Assembly: GCF_039654945.1 (NCBI RefSeq)
Contig: NW_027361723.1
Coordinates: forward strand, 2,480,001-2,544,000
From: Dendrobates tinctorius
Lineage: Eukaryota
Length of the DNA stretch: 64,000 bases
Reading direction: 5' to 3'
Positions 9,939 through 23,221 of the stretch are shown piece by piece. Within the stretch, counting starts at the first letter, position 1; each line of letters starts with the position of its first letter. The notes beneath the pieces were generated by a model. That model saw only the letters and a program-made list of their open reading frames with translations, had not been told where the DNA came from and ran no database searches. A program made the position numbers and the translations under genes.

Positions 9939-12900
9939 GGCTTCTTCGGTAGGAAGGCTGGATCAGTTTTTATGATCACCCCATCATCCAAAAAGGTGGT
10001 ATATGGTGGATTTACAGACATTGCCTGCAGCTCGCAGACACGACGAGCTGAGGTTAGGGCCACCAGGAGTACTGTTTTTAGCGTCAGCGCCTTTATTGAG
10101 ATGGAAGCAATAGGTTCCAATGGAGACGCTGTTCGTGCCCTAAATACTAAATTTAGATCCCAGGGAGCTACCTTAGATGCTAATTTTGAGGGCCTGGATG
10201 TAAAGGAGGCCCGAATGAATCTATAGACCCATGGGTGATCAGCCAGTTTTTGATCAAACAATGCACCCAGGGCCGATACCTGCACTTTCAAGGTGCTTGT
10301 GGACAGTCCTTTTTCCAGTCCTTTCTGGAGGAACTCTAGGATTTCTTTTATTGGCATTTCCTGGGCTGTCCCAGTCAATTGTTGGCCCATGAACTGCAAG
10401 AATTTTTCCCAAATTTTTTGGTATTTGCGTGAAGTTACCTCCTTTCTGCTAGCGAGCAGGGTGGTTACTAACGGGACTGAGAACCCTTTTGCTAGAAGGA
10501 GTCCCCTTTCAAGTTCCACGCAGTGAGGTGCAGCCTGTGAACCCTGGGGTGTTCTACTGGGCCCTGGTATAGCAGATTTAGGGTATCTGGGAGGATCCGC
10601 GTCTGAGCCATGTGAACCATGCCCTTTTCGGCCAGAAGGGTGCAATCAAGAATATTCGAGCTCTCTCTTGTCGGATCTTTTTCAAGAATACTGGTGTCAA
10701 TGGAAAAAGGGGGGGGGGGGGGGGGGGACGCATAGGCCAGACAAAATTTCCACCGGTGTAGTAGCGAGTCCACCCCCTCTGGTTGCTCTCTTGGATTTAG
10801 GGAGTAGAACCTGTCCACTTTCCGATTTTTCCCTGGTAGCAAACAGGTCTACTTCTGGTGTGCCCCAGGCAGTGCAGATTTCTCCAAATATTTTTTGACT
10901 TAGGGACCATTCTCCCTGGTGTAGTACATGGTGGCTTAAATAATCGGCCAGATAATTGTCTGCCCCCTTTAAATGTGTACCCGATAAGGACAGAAGATTG
11001 TTTTCCGCCCATGCGAATAATTCCCTGGCCTCTGCCATAAGGGTTGCCGACCTTGTACCCCCTTGTCTGTTTATGTATGCTATGACTGTGTTGTTGTCGG
11101 ATAATATGGTGACATGTCTTCCTTGTACTTCTTGCTTTACCAGGGGAAGGGCTCGCCTTACAGCCGCCAGTTCTTTAAGATTTGAGGATGCATCCCTCAT
11201 TCCGGGTTCCCACTGGCCCTCTAGGGTTCGTTTCTCTGTGTGTGCCCCCCAACCACTCAGACTTGCGTCCGTGGTTAATACTACTGAGTTTTGAGTAGTC
11301 CAGGGCACTGATCTGGTTAAATTTTCGGTGCTCAGCCACCATTTTAGTGACTCCCGCACTTGAGGGGAGAGAATGATCTCCCGGTTTAAATTGGAAGGAC
11401 CCTTCTCCTGCTTGGATAGGATCTGCTACTGTAGCTCTCTCATATGGGCTTGTGCCCACCGGACCGCTGGGATTGTTGCTGTTATCATGCTCAGGAGCGA
11501 CATTGCCTCACTTACTGATATGGCTCGACCGGATTGTATCCGTTGTGTTTTTTGTTGGATAGCCCCAATTTTTCCTTTCTGGAAGAATGCACTGCTGTTT
11601 TAATGAGTCCAATTGAATTCCAAGGAATTCTTGTGACTGTACTGGAGTTAATTTGGATTTTCTCAGATTGATCCTCCAGCCCAACCTGGTTAATATTTCC
11701 AGGACCTTTAACTGCATCTTCGCAATTTTGCTTGTCGTTTGCTATGACCAGGAAATCGTCTAGATAGGGTACTAGCAGGTTATTCTCCCTTCTTATAAAG
11801 GACGCTACTTCCCCGATGATTGTTGTAAATATATGAGGGGCTACTGATACCCTGAAGGGTAGGTACTGGTACTGTAGATGAGTGTGATTTTGAGCTCTCT
11901 CTACCACCCGTCTTCGATATTGTTGGCGTTCTCCCCATATTGGGACATGGTAATAGGCGTCGTAAGATCTATTACTGCCATGTAGCAACCTGGGTCGAGT
12001 AGCTTCACTGCTGACCCCAAGGTCTCCATTTTGAATTTCTCTGTTCTGATGTATTGGTTCAGGGCTTTGAGATTGAATATTGTTCTTAGTGACCCATCTG
12101 GTTTTGGCGTGAGGAACAGAGTGCTGTAATACCCTTTCCCTTCTTGATGAGACGGGACTTTTATTAGTACCTCTATTTGAAGGAGGAGCTGGATCTCCTT
12201 TTCTAGCATAGCCTGATTCTTTTTGGCTACCCGGGTCACTTTTAGTCTTTGGGGTGGAAGGCTTAGAAAACTTAGTCGTAGGCCCCCGGCTAACAGGTCG
12301 GTTACCCACTTTGAGGTGTGCAATGCTACCCACTGATGGACAAAGAACCGAAGCCTTCCTCCGAACGCCCTGGCGTCATTGCTTAGTATCGGGTCTCGGG
12401 GTGGTTTTACTAAAGAGGAATCCCTTCTCTCTTCCCCTCCATGGTCTGCCCCGTGTGGTCCTATCGTCTGGCCGCCCTTGGCTCCCTCTGTTCCCTGTTC
12501 CCACGAAAGGATGAGAGAGCTTCAGTCCACCGGCGCCTAGGGAAGGGGGGTGGAAACCATTTTTTCTTATCTGACGCCTTTTCTAAAATTTCATCCAATG
12601 CTTTCCCAAACAAGTATTGACCCTCACAAGGGACGGCACAGAGTTTAACTTTTGACTGGAAGTCTTCCGACCAGTTTTTTTTAACCAAAGTGCTCTGCAG
12701 CCTGAATTTGAAAGGGCTCATGCACGGGCGGCACCATGGACGGAATCTACTGCGGCGTCCACCAGGAATTCCGCTGCCTTCTGTAGGGAAGGTATTGCCT
12801 CCAGCAATGTCTCCCTTCGGCATTTATTCTTAATTTGGCCTTTCCCTACAGAAGACATATATAGGGCAATTGTTAATATATTATGCTGCCTTACAAAGGC

Positions 12901-13513
12901 ACTCACCCGGCCCCTTTCCTAGGTACCCCGGTAGCTCTTCATCCTGCGCGTTCCTCTCAACTTTAGGATCCATTTTCCTTCTGCTGCTGGTCTGGCTCTA
13001 TAACACTGGAGTCCGTGTGCAGCCTCTCAGGGACCATTGGCGCTTGCCTCGTCTCCCTTTTTATGGAGGAGCGGTGCGCGCTTCTGGGACTGCTCCCGCC
13101 CGGAAGTGCCCATTACACCGCTCCCCCGGCATGTGAAGTCACTTCCAGTGCAACCCCGGAAGCCGTCGCCACACAGTCGGTGCCAGGCCTCCCCCGGCTC
13201 TGCCTCCCACTGGAGCGGCCGCCGGGGAGTCACACGAGGAGGACACCGCTCACAGCGCCCACCGAGCTGGGCTGACAGGCGCGCGCCACCGCGCCCCGCT
13301 GCCGTCCTCTCCCCGTGGACCTCGGCCTCCTGACCGGACATCAGAGGGGGATCCCTCCGGAGGTACAGGCTCTGCCCCAAGCATTCCGGCTGCAGGAAAC
13401 CAAACTGGGGAGAGAGGTGCCGCCCCCTTCTTATGTCTCTGCTACAGGTTTCCTGTTTCCTGGGGGCAGATACCTTCTCATGTCTGCGGTGCTGTCATGG
13501 GGGAAGGGAAAAA
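9939..13513 (-). mobile_element. DIRS1-like tyrosine-recombinase retrotransposon, degenerate, 3' end lost
   Basis: On the minus strand: Gag-like (12461-12823), RT (YLDDFL), RNase H (TTDASLSGWGA, SDNNTVIAYINRQGGT), MT-like (VDLFAT) and YR (STLKVQVSAL, LTSARRVCEL). Terminus TTTTCCCTTCCCCCATGACAGCACC at ~13513. Confidence 0.9.
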
Positions 13514-13817
13514 TACGACCTAGTAGGAATAACTGAGACATGGTTAGACGACAGCTATGACTGGGCGGCTAACTTGCAAGGATATGATTTGTTTAGGAGG
13601 GATCGTAAAAAAAGGAAAGGGGGTGGAGTCTGTCTATATATAAAGCCCACACTAAGAGAAGATATACAAGAGGGAAATGAAGAGGTGGAGTCTCTATGGG
13701 TGGAGATACAAGGAGGGAAAAGTAATAAAATCCTCATAGGGGTTTGTAATAAGCCACCAAATATAACAGAAACCACTGAGAATGTATTATTGAAGCAAAT
13801 AGACAAAGCAGCAAATC

Positions 13818-15646
13818 CAGAGGTGTAGCTAGGGTTTCGGTTCGAGGGGGGCAAAACTTCTGAGTGGGCCCCTAACTAGGTAACGCACCCTAATAGTGGA
13901 TGTAGGCGATGACTGCGCTGTTACTGAAAATAATCCCTATATAAAGGCCAACGTGGATATTACCGCAATATGGTCAGTGGTAAATACCATTCCTACAAAA
14001 CATATGTGATTACTGCACAGGTATAGTTGGTGTCTTACCGCTGACGTTCTTTCTGATGGAATCGTTCACTTTTCACGTCTTTTCCATCTGGCCCAGACCG
14101 ACATGACAACTCCTCCAGCCAAGACTCGGCTACAGAGAATACAACAACGACATGTTTCACCTCTCATATTCCCGCCCCATCACCATCTATTCCCAACCTG
14201 CACAAACCCCTCATCCTACTGATACCTCAATACTGAGCTGCTGCTACCGTATGTGTCCCTATTACTGCACCTGATACCCCAATACTGAGCCGCTGCTGCC
14301 ATATGTGTCTATTACTGCACCTGATACATACGGTAGCAGCGGCTCAGTATTGAGGTATCAGGTGCAGTAATAGACACATATGGCAGCAGCGGCTCAGTAT
14401 TGGGGTATCAGGCGCAGTAATAGAGACACATATGGCAGCAGTGGCTCAGTATTGGGGTATCAGGTGCAGTAATAGAGACACATATGGCAGCAGTGGCTCA
14501 GTATTGGGGTATCAGGTGCAGTAATAGAGACACATACGGTAGCAGCGGCTCAGTATTGAGGTATCAGGTGCAGTAATAGAGACATATGGCAGCAGCGGCT
14601 CAGTATTGGGGTATCAGGCGCAGTAATAGAGACACATATGGCAGCAGCGGCTCAGTATTGGAGTATCAGGCGCAGTAATAGAGACACATATGGCAGCAGC
14701 GGCTCAGTATTGGAGTATCAGGCGCAGTAATAGAGACACATATGGCAGCAGTGGCTCAGTATTGGGGTATCAGGTGCAGTAATAGAGACACATACGGTAG
14801 CAGCGGCTCAGTATTGAGGTGTCTCTATTACTGCACCTGATACCCCAATACTGAGCCACTGCTGCCATATGTGTCTCTATTACTGCACCTGATACCCCAA
14901 TACTGAGCCACTGCTGCCATATGTGTCTCTATTACTGCGCCTGATACTCCAATACTGAGCCGCTGCTGCCATATGTGTCTCTATTACTGCGCCTGATACC
15001 CCAATACTGAGCCGCTGCTGCCATATGTCTCTATTACTGCACCTGATACCTCAATACTGAGCCTCTGCTGCCGTATGTGTCTCTATTACTGCACCTGATA
15101 CCCCAATACTGAGCCACTGCTGCCGTATGTGTCTCTATTACTGCACCTGACACCCCCTATACACACACGGCCTGCTCCATACACCTCGTACACATACGGC
15201 TCCACTCCGTACACAAACAGCTCTGCTCCTCCGTACACCTCATACACACACGGCTCTGCTACATCCACCCTGTAAACCAATCCTGAGCCCACACAGAAAC
15301 TTCACCTCATCCAGCACCATGACAACCAGCACATCAGAGCCCTGTGCTGAAGCCCGTGATCATGTGACCCCCTGACTCCGCCCCTCTTGTGACCTCATCA
15401 CAGGTCCTGTGCGCACAGAAAAGCTCAGGACGACATTGCTGGCTGTGAGGTGGGGGGCGCACTGCTGGCACCAGGTCCCTCAGCGGCCGGGCACCAGTGT
15501 AGGGAGATCGATTCTCCCTGCTCTGCTGCAGAATGTAACTGTATGGGTGCGCTGTGCACGCCGATACAGTTACAGTAGCATAGCTCAGTGGGCCCCTCAG
15601 AGTTTGGGGCCACTGCCCCCTCTGTCCCCCGGTAGCTACGCTACTG
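13818..15646. mobile_element. Non-autonomous hAT-type element inserted in CR1
   Basis: TIRs CAGAGGTGTAGCTA / CAGTAGCGTAGCTA; 8-bp TSD AGCAAATC / AACAAATC; CR1 sequence resumes afterwards. Confidence 0.85.
14215..15155. repeat. 52-bp minisatellite with internal orientation switches
   Basis: Unit GTATCAGGTGCAGTAATAGAGACACATATGGCAGCAGTGGCTCAGTATTGGG; orientation flips at ~14326 and ~14820. Confidence 0.9.
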
Positions 15647-16555
15647 AACAAATCCCAATGAGGTGATTATTATGGGGGACTTCAACTACCCCGACATTGA
15701 CTGGGAAACTGAAACCTGCGGATCTCAGAAAGGAAACCAATGTCTGTCAGTGACCGAGGATAATTATCTGTCACCACTTGTGCAGGGCCCAACTAGAGGG
15801 ACGGCCCTTCTGGACTTAATGTTAAGCAACAGGCCAGATAGAATAACAGAAGTCCGAGTGGATGGCACCTAGGGAACAGTGACCACAATATAACACAATG
15901 CCACTTGTCCTTCAGTAAGGCGCCCTGGAAGGGGGCTACGAAAACGCTGAATTTCAGGAAAGCAAAGTGTGAGCAGCTTAGAGAGGACCTTCGCCGAATT
16001 GATTGGGACAATGTCCTCAAAAATAGGAGCACAGAAAATAAATGGGAAACATTTAAATCAGTTTTACACACCCACTGCGAGCTAGTCATACCATACAGAA
16101 ATAAAAGGGCCAGGAACAGGAGAACACCAATGTGGCTAAATAAGGATGTAAAAAGGGCAATAAAGAACAAGAACAAGGCATTTAGGAAGCTAAAACAAGA
16201 AGGCAATGAAGAAGCATTAAAAAGTTATAGAGAAAAAATAAAATGTGTAAAAAACAAAAACATTTAGCAAAAGTGGAAACTGAGAGACTCATTGCTAAGG
16301 AAAGTAAAACAAATCCCAAACTATTCTTTAATTATATAAACAGTAAAAAGATTAAAATTGATGGTGTCGGCCCTTTAAAGAACAATGAGGGTGAAATCAT
16401 AGAGAGCGATGTGGGAAAAGAAAATGTTTTAAATACTATTTCTCAACAGTGTTCGCACAGGAAAAGGATTTGCCTGGGGAAATGCAGAGTGATAATGTAA
16501 ACTCCCCATTAAATATTACCTGCCTAACCCAGGAAGAAGTGCAGAACCGCCTTAG

Positions 16556-17842
16556 CCCCTTAATGACCAGGGGTATTTTTGGTTTTACATTTTCATTTTT
16601 CCCTCCCCTTCTTTCCAGAGCCATAACTTTTTTATTTTACCGTGTATATGGCCATGTGAGGGCTTATTTTTTGCGGGACGAGTTGTACTTTTAAATGACA
16701 TCATTGGTTTTACCATATCGTGTACTCGAAAAGGGGAAAAAAATTCCAAGTGCGGTGAAATTGCAAAAAAAGTGCAATCCCACACTTGTTTTTTGCTTGG
16801 CTTTTTTGTTAGGTTCACTAGATGCTAAATCTGACCTACCATTATGATTCTCCAGGTCATTACGAGTTCATAGACACCAAACATGTCTATGTCCTCTTTT
16901 ATCTAAGTGGTGAAAAAAAATTCCAAAGTTTGCTAAAAAAAAAAAAAAAAAAATTTGCGCAATTTTCCGTGACCCGTAGCGTCTCCATTTTTCATGATCT
17001 GGGGTCGGGTGAGGGCTTATTTTTTCCGTGCCGGACTGACGTTTTTAATGACACCACTTTTGTGCAGATATTTTCTTTTGATCGCCCGTTATTGCATTTT
17101 AATGCAATGTCTTGGTGACCAAAAAAACGTAATTCTGGCATTTTTAATTTTTTTCTCGCTACGCCGTTTAGCGATTGGGTTAATGCTTTTTATTTCTTGA
17201 TAGATCGAGCGATTCTGAATGCGGCGATACCCAATATGTGTATGTGGGATTTTTTTTTTACTGTTTTATATTGATTGGGGCGAAAGGGGGGGTGATTTGA
17301 ACTTTTAGGTTTTTTTAATTTTTTTATTTTTAAACATTTTTTTTTTTTTTTACTTTTGGCATGCTTCAATAGACTCCATAGGAGGCTAGAAGCTTGCGCA
17401 ACCCGATCGGCTCTGCTACATATGGGCGTTGGGCAGATCGCCCATATGTGGCAGATTTACTGCTGTGCTTTCAGCGCCGACCACTGGGTGGCGCTGAAAG
17501 CCATATGCCTGCAACAACCATAGAGGTCTCATAGAGACCTCTGGTTGTCCAGACAACATGAAGCCGACCCCCGATCACGTGACGGGGGTCGGCGGTGACG
17601 TCATTTCCGGCCCGGCGGCCGGAAATGCTATTTAAATGCACGCTGTCAGCTTTGACAGCAGCATTTAATTAGTTAATAGGCGCGGGCGGACGGCGATTCC
17701 GCTCGCGCCTATTGCGGGCACATGTCAGCTGTTCATAACAGCTGACATATCCCGGCTTTGATGCGGGCTCACCGCCGGAGCCCTCATCAAAGCAGGGGAG
17801 ATGTCCGATGACGGACTGTGTCCGTCATTGGACATTAAGGGG
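16556..17842. mobile_element. piggyBac-like non-autonomous element
   Basis: TIRs CCCCTTAATG(A/T)CCA; 4-bp TSD TTAG on both sides. Removing it restores the CR1 frame QNRLSKIKMD. Confidence 0.85.
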
Positions 17843-19523
17843 TTAGTAAGATTAAAATGGACAAATCACCAGGCCCTGATGGCATTCACCCTCGGGTATT
17901 AAGGGAGTTAAGAAATGTGATAGACAGGCCTCTATTCCTTATATTTAAAGACTCTATAGAAACAGGGTCTGTTCCTTTTGATTGGCGGCAAGCAAATGTG
18001 GTACCAATATTCAAAAAGGGGTGTAAAAAGGAACCTGGAAACTATAGGCCGGTAAGCTGAACATCTGCTGTGGGTAAAATTTGTGAAGGGTTTCTAAGGG
18101 AAACCATTATGGAATATCTCACTGTTAATAAATGTTTAACTCCATATCAACATGGATTTATGAAGGATCGCTCCTGTCAGACTAACCTGATCAGCTTCTA
18201 TGAGGATGTAAGCTCTCAAATGGACCCAGGAGAATCATTGGATGTCATTTATCTCGACTTCTCTAAAGCATTTGACACTGTCCCACATAAAAGATTGGTA
18301 AGTAAGAGGAGAAAGCTTGGGCTCGGGGAAAATGTGTGTAGATGGGTAGGGAGCTGGCTTAGTGATAGAAAACAAAGAGTGGTTATTAATGGGGCATCCT
18401 CAGATTGGGCCAGGGTCACTAGTGGGGGACCACAGGGGTCTGTATTGGGCCCCCTACTATGTAATATATTTATTAATGATCTAGTGGATGGCTTACACAG
18501 TAAAATATCAGTATTTGCAGATGATACAAAACTATGTAAGGGAGTTAACAAAATGGAGGACAGTTTGCAACTACAGACAGATTTGAGTAAATTGGAGAAT
18601 TGGGCTGAAAAATGGCAAATGAGGTTTAACCCAGATAAGTGTAAGGTTATGCACATGGGAAGGAGAAACAGAGGCTACAATTACTTACTAAATGGGAAAC
18701 TGCTGGGGAAATCAGACATGGAAAAAGACTTAGGCATCTTAGTCAATAAGAAACTAAATTGGAGTGCCCAGGTGTCAGGCAGCTGCCACCAAAGCAAATA
18801 GGGTCATGGGAGGCATTAGAAGAGGTCTGGGGACACGAGATGAAAACATAATTCTCCCTCCGTACAAATCACTCGTCAGACCACACTTGGAGTATTGTGT
18901 GCAATTTTGGACGCCGGTGCTCAAGAAAGACATTACTGAACTTGAAAGGGTTCAAAGGCGGCTACTAAAATGATAAATGGAGTTGGTTCACTACAATACC
19001 CATAAAGGTTATCAAAATTAGGTCTATTTACTCTAGAAAAGAGAAGACTTAGGGGAGACCTAATATATATGTACAAGTATATCAGAGGGCAATACAGAGA
19101 TCTCTCCAATGAACTGTTTGTACCAAGGACTGTGACAAGAACAAGGGGGCATTCTCTTCGTTTGGAGGAAAGACAATTTCTGCACCAGCATAGAAGAGGG
19201 TTCTTCACAGTAAGAGCAGTGAGGCTCTGGAATTCTCTTCCTGAGAAAGTGGTGATGGCCAACTCACTGAATGAATGTAAGAAAGGAATGGAGGCTTTTC
19301 TTGTGAGTAACAGTATAGAAGGTTACAAATAACAGAATATTATAGGTAGATGGTTGACCCAGCTTAGGGGAAGGAATTTTTTTCCCTATGGAGAAAATTG
19401 GCTTCTACTCTGTGGGTTTTTTGCCTTCCCCAGGATCAACAATGCAGAACAGCTGCACTAAAAATAGGCTGAACTAGATGGACATAAGGTCTTCCTTCAG
19501 CCTTCAAAACTATGTTACTATGT

Positions 19524-20095
19524 AATGTCACTGGTGATCACTGTATTACCTGTACACTGGCACTATATATAGAGCTCCTGTGTATAATGTCACTGGTGAT
19601 CACTGTATTACCTGTACACTGACACTATATACAGAGCTCCTGTGTATAATGTCACTGGTGATCACTGTATTACCTGTACACTGGCACTATATACAGAGCT
19701 CCTGTGTATAATGTCACTGGTGATCACTGTATTACCTGTACACTGGCACTATATACAGAGCTCCTGTGTATAATGTCACTGGTGATCACTGTATTACCTG
19801 TACACTGACACTATATACAGAGCTCCTGTGTATAATGTCACTGGTGATCACTGTATTACCTGTACACTGGCACTATATATAGAGCTCCTGTGTATAATGC
19901 CACTGTTGATCACTGTATTACCTGTACACTGACACTATATACAGAGCTCCTGTGTATAATGTCACTGGTGATCACTGTATTACCTGTACACTGGCACTAT
20001 ATATAGAGCTCCTGTGTATAATGTCACTGTTGATCACTGTATTACCTGTACACTGGCACTATATACAGAGCTCCTGTGTATAATGTCACTGGTGG
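19524..20095. repeat. 62-bp minisatellite, about 9 copies
   Basis: Unit AATGTCACTGGTGATCACTGTATTACCTGTACACTGGCACTATATACAGAGCTCCTGTGTAT. Confidence 0.95.
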
Positions 20096-20871
20096 TAATA
20101 ACAGTGCTGCTAGTGTCATGGTTTGCATTCATGATCAGTATGTGGTCTGGAGGTGGTGGTATTTCTTCTTGTATGTGGCATTATTGGTCTCGGTATAGTG
20201 GACTGTGTTATATATGGCGGTCATTTTTTCTCTCAGATGTTGATTAGAAGAAGAATTTTAAAGTATATAATCACTAATGGCAATTGGTACACAGAGGCTG
20301 AGATGCACTTATAGAATTTCTCCAGTGAAAAAAGTAATAAATTCAACAGGATAAGCGATAACATACTGATTGATGGGGTCTGACTGCTTGGACTGACACC
20401 GATCGACAAAATGTGGAGCTTTTATCCCCATTAGATTGGAGCTCATGTGAAACTTGATCACTGATCCATATTCATTGTCTCAGTGACTGCACTTGTTTTT
20501 TCTTAATGCCCCAAAAAGAATGAATGGAGGTGCGGTCAGACATCTCACCTGCTGCTGCATTTTGAAATGGGGATAAAACATCCTCATTTTTCCAATCGGT
20601 GCAGTTTCTAATGGTCGGACAGAAGTGATCACCTATCCTGTGGAGCCCAGGGATCAGTGAACTTAACAGCAAAGCCACAAAAAGAGGATTGAAAATCCTC
20701 CAAAAATTCAAGAATACAGGAGAAAATGGTCAGCAGTACTTACCTGCCCAGGTCTCCCAACAAACTCCCTCTCAGGATGCAGCAGACCCTTGTAGTTAAG
20801 ATGGCGGCAACACAGGTGCAGAATACTGATGAGACCACTCCCAACCCATGGAGGGGGGATTGTTAGTATTA

Positions 20872-21369
20872 GGCTGGTTTCACATTCGCGCTTTTTAAGC
20901 GCACGCACGGCCGGGGGTAGCTCCGCCCCCGAGCCGGCTCTCTGCCCGGCGTGCCCGCCCCTTCCTTGTAGCGCCGCCTCCTAGCGCACAGCGGCGCCTG
21001 CGATCGGCGCACCCTATCTTTAGCATAGGGTGCGCAGATCGTGCGCAGGCCGTGCGCTAGTTGCGCTTTGACCTGCGCTGCGCACTTTTGACGGTGCGCC
21101 GTGCGCGCCAAAATCAAACTTTTCGGATTTTGGCGCGCACGGCGCACCGTCAAAAGTGCGCAGCGCAGGTCAAAGCGCAACTAGCGCACGGCCTGCGCAT
21201 GATCTGCGCACCCTATGCTAAAGATAGGGTGCGCCGATCGCAGGCGCCGCTGTGCGCTAGGAGGCGGCGCTACAAGGAAGGGGCGGGCACGCCGGGCAGA
21301 GAGCCGGATCGGGGGCGGAGCTACCCCCGGCCGTGCGTGCGCTTAAAAAGCGCGAATGTGAAACCAGCC
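20872..21369. mobile_element. PIF/Harbinger-like MITE, near-perfect 498-bp palindrome
   Basis: GGCTGGTTTCACATT...AATGTGAAACCAGCC; TTA TSD; arms nearly identical around a centre at ~21120. Confidence 0.9.
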
Positions 21370-21856
21370 TTAGATTGCAGAGAATCTGCTTGTACAGGGC
21401 GCTGGTCACACACAGGTAATGCACGGTGTACGGCTTACAGCATATTAGTGACGCCCCTACTATTAGATCAGGCGGCTGCACCTGGAAAAATGAGGTGCAA
21501 AAAATACACAGAAATATGTGAGGTATTGGCCGATATTTTGGCCAAGATATACAAGCTCGCAGCCACGTCAGGGCTCCTCACGCTCGCGAGTCCTAACACT
21601 AAACTTAAAAGCAAAGCCACAAAAAGAGGACGAAAAATTTCTTTGTATTTTTTGCACCTTATATTTCCGGGTGCGGCAAGGCCCAGAATTTTTGGCCTTG
21701 TAAACTGTGGTGTCTGTTCACTTGGGATGCATGTAGATAGTGCTGGGCAGCCGCTTGATCTAATAGTCGGGGCGTCACTAATGGGCTCTAATCCGGACAC
21801 TGTGCATTACCTGTGTGTGACCAGAGCCCGGTACAAGCAGATTCTGTGCAATGTAA

Positions 21857-22808
21857 GGCTGAGTTCACACGTGGCGTTTTTTTCGCGTTTCCGCGGCAGT
21901 TTTAACCGCGCGATTTTGCCGCGAAAAATAAGCATCCCATGCATTCCTATGGGATTCCGCAATGCTGTGCTAATGCTGCGGTTTTTACCGCGGCGGAATC
22001 GCTTTGCGGTAAAAACCGCAGCATTCTCATTATTTTGCGGAATCGCGGCGATCCCGCACCCATAGGAATGCATTGTTCCGTTTATTTCCCGCATGTGGCT
22101 GTGCACACCATGCGGAAAGTAAGCAGAACATTTGCGGATGGTACGCACGGTCCGGAGGAGAGGAGACTGTCCTCCGGGCACCATATCCCTGTAAAAAATA
22201 GAATTTAAAATAAAAAATATTGTTATTCTCACAATCCGACGTCCCGCGCAGCCTTCCCGCCTCTCTCCACGCTCCCGTTCCCAGTAGTCCTTTGCGAAAA
22301 TGCCCGCGATGGCGTCCGATCTCGCGGGATCGCGAAGTCTCGCGGTAATTCGCGCGACGTCATCGCGAATTACCACGAGACGTCGCGTTCCCGCGAGAAC
22401 TGACGTCATCGCGGGCATTTTCGCAAAGGGTTACTGGGAACGGGAGCGTGGAGAGAGGCGGGAAGGCTGCGCGGGACGTCGGAGGGTGAGAATAACACTA
22501 TTTTTTATTTTTTTTTTACATTCTATCTTTTACTACTGATGCCACATAGGCGGCCTCAGTAGTAAAAAGTTGGTCACACTCGTCAAACACTGTGTTTGAC
22601 GAGTGTGACCAACCTGTCAATCAGTTCTCCAAGCGATGCTCCAGATCGCTTGGAGAACGCTAGCATTCTGCAAGCTAATTACGCTTGCAAAATGCTAGTT
22701 TTTCCGCGGGAAAATCGCGGGAATTTAAAATGCGATTTTCCCGCGGACTGGAATTCCGGAATTCTCGCTGTAATTTCCGCAAGAGTTCCGGTACGTGTGC
22801 ACTTAGCC
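21857..22808. mobile_element. PIF/Harbinger-like MITE
   Basis: TIRs GGCT(G/A)AGT(T/G)CACACGT; TAA TSD; internal inverted repeat at 22200-22510. Confidence 0.85.
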
Positions 22809-23086
22809 TAAAACTAAGCAATCCCCCCTCCAAGGATTGGGAGTGGTTGTCTCATCAGGACCTGTGTTGCCGCCATCTTTGCTATATGGGTCTGCTGCAC
22901 CCTGTAGTGCATTTGCTCGGAGACCTGGGCAGGTGAGCACTGCTGACCCTTTTCTGCTGTACTAACCCATGGATCAGTGACAACTTGTTTTGACAAAAGA
23001 ACCCCTTTAATGCAAACTACCGTAATTCTGACCCCAGTTCAGGGGGCGCACAGTAGATGTGTATTACAGTTGACGCTTCACTATAA

Positions 23087-23221
23087 GGCTGTGTGCACAC
23101 GCTGCGGATTCTGCTGCGGTTTGCCATTTGCTCCATTGTAGAGATGATAAACCACAGAGCAATCCGCACTAAATCTGTGCGGACAAATCCACAGAGCATT
23201 CCACAGCGTGTGCACTCACCC
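23087..23221. mobile_element. Short PIF/Harbinger-like MITE
   Basis: GGCTGTGTGCACACGC...GCGTGTGCACTCACCC; TAA TSD. Confidence 0.75.

Larger units (their letters stand above)
13514..19523 (+). mobile_element. CR1 LINE ORF2 relic (APE endonuclease + RT) with two nested insertions
   Basis: GITETWL and MGDFNYPDIDW (APE); KSPGPDGIHP, YLDFSKAFD, PQGSVLGP, FADDTK (RT); 3' tail CTATGTTACTATGT; several stops and frameshifts. Confidence 0.92.
20730..22950. mobile_element. Old palindromic (foldback/MITE-like) element hosting two younger MITEs
   Basis: 20730-20868 is the inverted counterpart of 22812-22950, and 21373-21480 of 21745-21853. Outer boundaries are uncertain. Confidence 0.7.

Noticed and set aside
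21061-22418. 334-aa and 203-aa ORFs
   Set aside because: They run across GC-rich palindromic MITEs and their junctions, with no recognisable domain.
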